From: Leucoraja ocellata
Taxonomy: Eukaryota
DNA length: 64,000 bases
Reading direction: 5' to 3'
Assembly: GCA_036785375.1 (NCBI GenBank)
Contig: JAWMAR010000010.1
Location: forward strand, 9,424,001 to 9,488,000
Shown piece by piece: positions 55,641-64,000 of this stretch. Both the position numbers and the translations under genes were made by a program. The notes beneath the pieces were generated by a model. The model saw nothing but the letters and a program-made list of their open reading frames with translations. It had not been told where the DNA came from and ran no database searches. Position 1 is the stretch's first letter. Each line of letters opens with the position of its first letter.

Positions 55641-58600
55641 AATAGCAGCAAAATATAGCAAAAATATAGCAAATATATATCAAATATAGCAAAATATAAA
55701 TCAAATATAGCAAAAAACATAGCAACAAAATACATAACCACATAAAAATTAAACAGCCACCACAACGGCATAAGCAGAGACCCACAGCCATTAGTTCAAT
55801 GTCTGCGCTATCGGCACACCTTCAGAGTTGTACTAACCGCTATCACTCTCTCTGCAGTCCCTGTCCACCCAAACAGACAGAAAGCTGTACACCCTCGCAC
55901 TAAACTCTGGGATGTCTTCATGGAGCAATGTCCCGCAAAACACCGAGATTACTGCACTCACGGCACTCTCGACGAGTCCTCACCAGAGCAGGCAGCATGG
56001 CCATCTTGTTTTTCTGCGACCCCACTGTAATGGAAGGCAAATAACTTGTACCTTCCCCCACTGTGATGGAAGGCACACAACTCAGCCACCAATCACGACA
56101 TCCGGAGGCTGCAGCGAATCGGCCGATCAGCTGAGAAGGTTATTGGCTTTAACCTCCCCTCCATTGATAAACTGTACATTGCAAGGGCCAGGAAGTGAGC
56201 GGGCAAGATAATCTCTGACCCGTCTCACCCTGGCCACAAACTCTTTAAATCACTTCCGTCTGGAAGGCGACTCCGGATTGTCAAAACTGCCAGAGCCAGA
56301 CATAAAAACATTTTTTTCCCCCCACGAATAGTAGCTCTAGTCAACAACCAAATATCTGTAGCCTGCTTTTGCTGTGGTATTTTATTGAATTCGCATGTTT
56401 AATCGATAATGTTTGATTATTAATGTTTAATGTTTTATGTGTCATTCCTAACAGTCATTGTATGTCATGTCGCTTTCGAGCAGAGCACCAAGGCAAATTC
56501 CTTGTATGTGAATACTTGGCCAATAAACTTATTCATTCATTCAATCATACATTCATTCATCCATTCATTCATTCAATCAATCATTTATTCATTATTTCCT
56601 CCTTTTATTTCCCGCCGTTGGGGCGATCGAAACTTCCGTTGTAACGTTGTAAGAACGTCGTGGCCCGTGCGTTTGCCTTGGTGACTCGTGAGTCTACAAC
56701 TATCATGATTTCATCTCGACTTACAGGGTTATTCCAACCATTTGTCACTCTTTGGGTAAAGCAATTATTTTTCTGGCTTTATGTTCTAAATATACTTTCC
56801 ATTTGTTTCCACTTGCAGCCCCCAGGTTAATAAATTATCTGACAATATTTAAGATTGTTTAAGTAATCTGCCTGTTGTAACTAAACACTGAAATTAGGTC
56901 GACCTGCAATGGTAATGTGTGGCATGATGTGAATTTCCTCAAATAGTAAGTCAATGGTAGGATGGAATAGATAAGTGCCTGGTGTAATCCCTGTCAGGGC
57001 ACAGGTTGGTTTACATCACTCAAACAGAAGACTGTCGTTCACTAACCTATGTCGACAATATTATAAACTCTCTACATGTTTCTCGTCTATTTTTACTACC
57101 ATATTAAAATGGTGACAGTGACCATTTGTGTCAAATCCATTTTATGTAGGTGTTTGAATTAAATATACAGACTTATATATTACTGAAGTCTATGTAGCGA
57201 ACATTATTAACTCTTTGCAGTCCCCTTAAGGCACGTTTTCTTTAAAAATGGAGTGATTTTATTTTGGATTTGGGGTGAGATTAATTGGAAATTAAGCAGT
57301 AAACCTGATATGGGTATTTAAACTGTGTATATAGAAGAACTAATTCCATGTGCGTGAAACCGGGGGGGGGGGGGGTCTTATACATAATTATTATGAACGG
57401 AGGAGCAAACCTCCAAAGACGTACAGGTTTGTGGATTCATTGACTTCTGTAAATTGCCACTGGTGTGTGGGATACGAAAGTGGGATAAACGAGAAATTGG
57501 GTACGGGTGATCGATGGTTGGTGTGGACTCGGTGGGCCAAAGGTCCTTTTCCCATGCTGTAAATTCTAAACAATTACATAATGTGGGAGCAAATCCCTGC
57601 GGTAGAGAGCAATCGAGTGGAGTGTTTTAGTTAAAGGGAGGCCTCGCAAATAGAGGAAGAATCTAGGGGGAAAAAATACTCTGAGAGGCGAGGGGGTGGC
57701 CAATGTCCCTGTGAATCCGATACATCGCCAAATTTGTGTCCTGCCTGTTGACCAGGGATTCTGTCACAATCTCCGTGCGCGTCAAGAATGGCACCCGCTC
57801 TGAGAGGTTTACATGGTTTGGTTATGGGGGGTCATAGAGTGTTACAGCAAGGAAAATGCCCCCTCGGTCCAACTTGTTCATGTCAAGCTAGGTCCTTCCT
57901 GGAGGGCTTGGGTTGCAAGAAGAAGGTGGATAGGTTTGAGTTTTTATTCTTTGCAGTGCAGGAGGCTGAGGGATGACCTCGTCTCACATTTGGCCTCTAT
58001 CCCTCTAAAGCTCTCATACCCACCAGGTTGTTGCAGAGTCCACAGTACAGCAAGGCTTGTGTTCCATTCAATATTTCCGCCACCATCTCCCACTACCCTG
58101 GTGCTGTTATCTTGAAACACAAAAGTGCTGAACTAACATCTGTGGAGAACACGTTTCGGATCGCCAACCTGCATTTGGCTGCTGGGTTAATTTTGATTTT
58201 GGACTGCAAAGGATCACTTGTTCTTTTCCAAGTGACGTACAATCTGTATTTATTGCGTCTTTGGAATATCCAAAGTCTCCGCTTTTCCATTTCAGAACAT
58301 TTATTCGTCAGGCATTAAACAAGGGTCTCGACCCGAAGCGTCACATGTTCCTTTTCTCCAGAGATGCTGTCTGATCCGCCGAGTTACTCCAGTTTCTTGT
58401 ATCTATCTTCGGTTTAAATCAGTATCTGCAGTTCATTCCTACACATAAAAAATAACGTGGCGGCGGGAGAAGACCCCACTCTTTCGGAAATCCCAGGAAA
58501 GTGTACAGTAATCTTTGTTCCGCAGCCGAACTGGTTAAACGAAGATTACCGAAAACATACTACTCAGATAAACACGAGAGGTTGACAACATATTAAAATG

Positions 58601-59102
58601 TATCTCCGGTTAACCCGTTTTTCTTTCCGGGCAGCCACTGAAAAAATGAGGAAGCAGCTTAAAATGAATTGTTGTTCAAAAGTAAATCGAGATAAGATCA
58701 TTATTGATTCAGCTTCACTCAATAAAACGCAGCCCGCACTTTTTATGCATTCCTTCGCGCCAAGGCTGCACCCGCTGAGTTTCTCCAGCTGTTTTTGTGT
58801 ACCTTTTTATGCATTAGCTCTCTTTTGGAGTATTTTATGTGTTAGTACACGGACATTTTTTGTAACTTAATCTAATGACCTTGGTGGTTACACTGACTGT
58901 ATGCAACCTGTCAACTGTTCACCCAGCTCGTCAACAAAACCACATCATAATGCGTTACCGTCAGAGGACCAGTCACCATGTACGAATCCGTGCAGCCTTT
59001 TACAACAGCCTCCGGACAGGGAGTGAAAATAAAATCTCTTCTTACGAAATAAAAACCTCAATCACTTTGAAATGTGTTGGAAGGAACAGCAGATGCTGGT
59101 TT

Positions 59103-60921
59103 ACATAGAAACATAGAAATTAGGTGCAAGAGTAGGCCATTCGGCCCTTCGAGCCTGCACCGCCATTCAATACGATCATGGCTGATCATCCAACTCAGTA
59201 TCCCGTACCTGCCTTCTCTCCATACCCTCTGATCCCCTTGGCCACATCTAACTCCCTCTTAAATATAGCCAATGAACTGGCCTCAACTACCCTCTGTGGC
59301 AGAGAGTTCCAGAGATTCACCACTCTCTGTGTGAAAAAAGTTCTCCACATCTCGGTTTTAAAGGATTTCCCCCTTATCCTTAAGCTGTGGCCCCTTGTCC
59401 TGGACTTCCCCAACATCGGGAACAATCTTCCTGCATCTAGCCTGTCCAACCCCTTAAGAATTTTGTAAGTTTCTATAAGATCCCCTCTCAATCTCCTTAA
59501 TTCTAGAGAGTATAAACCAAGTCTATCCAGTCTTTCTTCATAAGACAGTCCTGACATCTCAGGAATCAGTCTGGTGAACCTTCTCTGCACTCCCTCTATG
59601 GCAATAATGTCCTTCCTCAGATTTGGAGACCAAAACTGCACGCAATACTCCAGGTGTGGTCTCACCAAGACCCTGTACAACTGCAGTAGAACCTCCCTGC
59701 TCCTATACTCAAATCCTCTTGCTATGAAAGCCAACATACCATTCGCTTTCTTTACTGCCTGCTGCACCTGCATGCCTACCTTCAATGACTGGTGTACCAT
59801 GACACCCAGGTCTCGCTGCATCTCCCCCTTTCCCAATCGGCCACCATTTAGATAATAATCTGCTTTCCCGTTTTTGCCACCAAAATGGATAACCTCACAT
59901 TTATCCACATTATACTGCATCTGCCAAACATTTGCCCACTCACCCAGCCTATCCAAGTCACCTTGCAGTCTCCTAGCATCCTCCTCACACCTAACACTGC
60001 CCCCCAGCTTAGTGTCATCCGCAAACTTGGAGATATTGCCTTCAATTCCCTCATCTAGATCATTAATATATATTGTAAATAGCTGGGGTCCCAGTACTGA
60101 GCCTTGCAGTACCCCACTAGTCACTGCCTGCCATTGTGAAAAGGACCCGTTTACTCCTACTCTTTGCTTCCTGTCTGCCAGCCAGTTCTCTATCCACATC
60201 AATACTGAACCCCCAATGCCATGTGCTTTAAGTTTGTATACTAATCTCTTATGTGGGACCTTGTCGAAAGCCTTCTGGAAGTCCAGATACACCACATCCA
60301 CTGGTTCTCCCCTATCCACGCTACTAGTTACATCCTCGAAAAATTCTATAAGATTCGTCAGACATGATTTACCTTTCGTAAATCCATGCTGACTTTGTCC
60401 AATGATTTCACCACTTTCCAAATGTGCTGCTATCCCATCTTTAATAACTGACTCTAGCAGTTTCCCCACTACCGATGTTAGACTAACTGGTCTGTAATTC
60501 CCCGTTTTCTCTCTCCCTCCCTTCTTAAAAAGTGGGGTTACGTTTGCTACCCGCCAATCCTCTGGAACTACTCCAGAATCTAAAGAGTTTTGAAAGATTA
60601 TTACTAATGCATCCACTATTTCTGGAGCTACTTCCTTAAGTACTCTGGGATGCAGCCTATCTGGCCCTGGGGATTTATCGGCCTTTAATCCATTCAATTT
60701 ACCCAACACCACTTCCCGACTAACCTGGATTTCACTCAATTCCTCCACCTCCTTTGACCCGCGGGCCCCTGCTATTTCCGGCAGATCATTTATGTCTTCC
60801 TTAGTGAAGACGGAACCAAAGTAGTTATTCAATTGGTCCGCCATATCCTGGTTCCCCATGATCAATTCACCTGTTACTGACTGCAAGGGACCTACATTTG
60901 TTTTAACTAATCTCTTTCTTT
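59103..60921 (-). mobile_element. 5'-truncated young CR1 LINE (563-aa RT ORF) inserted into a Penelope-type repeat
   Basis: Near-identical to 11386-13120; host repeat GCAGATGCTGGTTTA|AACTGAAGA split around it. Confidence 0.93.
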
Positions 60922-61793
60922 AAACTGAAGACGGACACATAAAACTGGAGCAGCTAACGATGAATGGCCTGTTCCCTTTATCATCGTTACTTTTGTGCAT
61001 ACCTTTCAATCTACATCTCTTGTTTTCCTTTCCCCAACTCAAAGCCGCAGGATGGAGATGTCTTCTTTAACACTGTTGCTTTTTTTTACCCCTCTAAATA
61101 AAAACAAAGTGTCAGTGCCTCTTCAAGGTCTACTAACCCACCCATAGCTTCACTTGCAGATACAGCTGAAGGGATGTGGCGCTCGAATCAATAACCGCAT
61201 TGTATCATCTGAGCATCTTGAAATCAATCTCATCAGCGCGAGTGAAAGATAGCCGAGCGCCGCTTATCGATCAGCCCAACGCGATTATTTGTTGGTTATA
61301 ACTCTACAACTTTAAAGCATGGTGCCATGCGAAGAAATATACCCCAATAATTCCACCCTGCAACTCAGACAACGTCTCGATAGGTTAATACCTCCGATGA
61401 ACGTCAAGATGATACGTTAATCGTGTTTCGCTCACCGCAGTTGCTGCCTGATCTTATTTAGTATAACTTGTTTAGAGATACTGTGTGGAAATAGGCTCTT
61501 CAGCCCACCGATTCCATGCTGACCGTCGATCAATGGTTGAACTTGATCTATGTTATCCCACTTTCTCATCCACTCCCTGACCACTAGGGGCAATCTTCTT
61601 TTTTTACAGAGGCGAATTACCCCACAAACCTGCATGTCGGTGGGATGGGGGGGAGCTTCTCAATATTTCCAGCATTTTATTTAGAGTTCAGATTCTCTTG
61701 ATGTATTGAGTGCCTTGGGATCACGGACGCTCTTAACTTCATGAGGTTCAAACCATGCCTCGGATTATAGCAGCAACCCCTGTAACTACATTG

Positions 61794-62836
61794 TAGGTAT
61801 GTTACAATACTTACCTTCAGCGGTGCTGCAATTCTGCCACTGGCCGTGTGCGCGTTTTGGCGCATTTGAGGGGGGGGGGGGGGGCGCGGGGTTAAAACAC
61901 GCTTTTCTTCTACCTTGTCCTGGATTATATTTTGTCGGAGTGCAAGCTTTTGCTGAAGTGTCGCTCCGACGGCCGTTCTGTGTCTTTAAAAAATAAAATT
62001 CGCCCGCCAAGTTCATCGCTGGAGTGATTTTAAAACAGAAGCCGTCAACGCCGACAATGGGGATGGATTTTACGTAGGGGACAGGTAAAAGAAAGTAGTT
62101 TATTTTTATGTATAAAAGTGTTTCTTAAGATGTCTTTAATTCACATTTTAAGTTGCGAAATGGTGATTTTTGCCCCCCATACGAACCGGCAGTGTGTTTC
62201 ATGCCGATATGGGGACTAAATCAGCGCACCGCAACATTCCAAATGATCGAGTTCCAGAAAAACCCACTCGCGTTGATTTAAAAGACCATTAATTTACAGG
62301 TATTAAACATTAAATTCCATCCATTTGGCCTATAAACCCATGACAATGAGATTTAAAAATTATGCTATATTGTGAATTCTTTTGTGAATGTTATTTGGAC
62401 ACTTAGGCTATTTCAAAATGTTAATCTATTCTTAAGAAATGGATAGATGTTTAGATCTAGTAATTGAACTTTGTAATTAGCTACAATTAGGTAACTAACT
62501 AATTATATGCTTTAATTTCCAGTCACCTAAGTAAGATTGTTTCATATTTGTTTCAGAATGCTTCAATCTATAATAAATGAAAATGTATTTCAGTTATCTC
62601 AATTATTAAGAAAGTTATGGGCTTTTGAATCTCCTCGATCACAGCTTTTGTGTTAAGTCAATGGAAAAGCAATTTGGAACAAGATGCTAATTTCCGAGTA
62701 TGAAAATGGCCATAAGTTTTTTAATATTGAAGATATGAAAGTGAATTAGGTGTCAAATTAAATTTCATTTTATGCTTTATCTGATGGGATAAATTACACT
62801 TGATTTTTAAAATCTCAAAATTTTGTAACATTGCTA
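61794..62836 (+). mobile_element. Non-autonomous DNA transposon, 1043 bp (copy 3 of 3, more diverged)
   Basis: TAGGTATGTTACAA..TTGTAACATTGCTA; flanks TACATTG / TACTTCC match only partly. Confidence 0.82.
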
Positions 62837-63149
62837 TACTTCCTCTGCCATTAACTTCTCTAAATGGCTTCTGCTGATATGCCTGCCAAGATGAACGTTT
62901 GGTTTTTTACACGTGATGCTTTCTTGCATACTGTCCTCTTGCCCCACCCCTAACCTTGTCCCTTTATTATTTAAACATCTATCTCCTCAGAATACCTCTC
63001 CTGTGTTACAACACGACACTGCGACCATCTCGGCATTCAACTACCGCGTGACCCGTCCCAGGACCCACTTGTCACGACCCCTTCAACTTCACCAAGACTC
63101 CTGCAGCATCGCTCAGTATACCCTCACTCCTCTTGATGCTCCTCCGGCA

Positions 63150-63760
63150 CCATAGAAACATAGAAAATAGGAGCAGGAGGAGGCCATTCGACCTTTCAAC
63201 CCAGCACCGCCATTCATTGTGGTCATGGCTGATCGTCCCCTATCAATAACCCGTGCCTGCCTTCTCCCCATATCCCTCGACTCCACTCGCCCCTAAAGCT
63301 CTATCAAACTCTCTCTTAAATCCATCCAGTGATTTGGCCTCCACTGCCCTCTGTGGCAGGTAATTCCATAAATTCACAACTCTCTGGGTGTCACCACAGA
63401 CTTAAATGACCTCCCCTTTATTCTAAGACTGTGGCCCCTGGTTCTGGACTCGCCCAACATTGGGAAAAATTTTCCTGCATCTAGCTTGTCCAGTCCTTTT
63501 TATAATTTTATATGTTTCTATAAGATCCCCCCCTAATCCTTCTAAACTCCAGTGATTACAAGCCTAGTCTTTTTCATCTTTCCTCATATGACAGTCCCAC
63601 CATCCCAGAGATCTATCTCGTGAACCTACGCTGCACTGCCTCAATCACAAGGATGTCCTTCCTCAAATTATGAGACCAAAACTGTACACAATACTCCAGA
63701 TGTGGTCTCACCAGAGCCCTATACAACTGCAGAAGAACTTCTTTACCCCTATACCAACAC
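63150..63760 (-). mobile_element. Older CR1 3' fragment
   Basis: (CATAGAAA) tail, CR1 3'[18 protein letters not shown]. Confidence 0.85.
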
Positions 63761-63787
63761 TGAACAAAGCAATCAAGAATAACTTAC

Positions 63788-63917
63788 ATAGCCAGGAGAT
63801 GAGTGACCTCAGTACCGAAGTAGTCGAGCAGGAAGCCATTGGCCACGGTTGCGACAGGCATGACGAAAGTGGAAATTGTGAAGATCAGCGCGAATCGTTC
63901 ATCCTGCAAATCACAAT
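63788..63917 (-). CDS. SLC43A3: SLC43A3-like early exon (second coding exon equivalent), opposite strand
   Basis: GACTAG| .. |GTAAGT, 130 nt, phase 1-2; DCDLQDERFALIFTISTFVMPVATVANGFLLDYFGTEVTHLLA, matching the family motif DC..QDERFSLIFT..G..FD.F.T...L.AI. Confidence 0.85.
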
Positions 63918-64000
63918 CTAGTCGGAGAGACAGTTGGTGAAAGTTATTGAGTGAAAGAGATGTGTAGAGCGAGGAAGCAAGGAAGGGAGATGGCAGAAGA

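Noticed and set aside
58515-58730. Possible plus-strand terminal exon(s) with AATAAA
   Set aside because: Acceptor-like sites are present but there is no recognisable product or upstream partner.

Overview
Repeat-dominated vertebrate DNA, most likely from a cartilaginous fish (skate/ray, inferred from the shark-type IgM tailpiece and HER1/HE1-type LINE/SINE repeats). Host genes are a patchwork. (1) An orphan, decayed IgM heavy-chain 3' end on the minus strand: Cmu4 plus secretory tail at 4568-4951 and a truncated TM exon at ~2184-2326, with no V/D/J/C1-C3 found upstream. (2) An intact two-exon GPR139/GPR142-like class A GPCR on the plus strand (10622-10688 + 17665-18572, 324 aa), with a full-length antisense CR1 LINE in its intron. 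(3) The last four exons of a divergent SLC43A3-like transporter on the plus strand (40126-47650) with no upstream exons found, plus an early SLC43A3-like exon on the opposite strand (63788-63917). Mobile DNA includes many CR1/HER1 LINE copies, an intact L1 with a 15-bp TSD (48251-54611), an L2/Crack-type LINE, an internally deleted class I ERV with a tRNA-Ser PBS, older ERV debris, three ~1.04-kb TAG..CTA DNA-transposon copies (two with exact 7-bp TSDs), MITEs, V-SINEs, and Penelope-type terminal repeats carrying degenerate minimal hammerhead-ribozyme motifs. There is one assembly gap (2461-2948). All family assignments come from motif recognition by eye; no searches were run.
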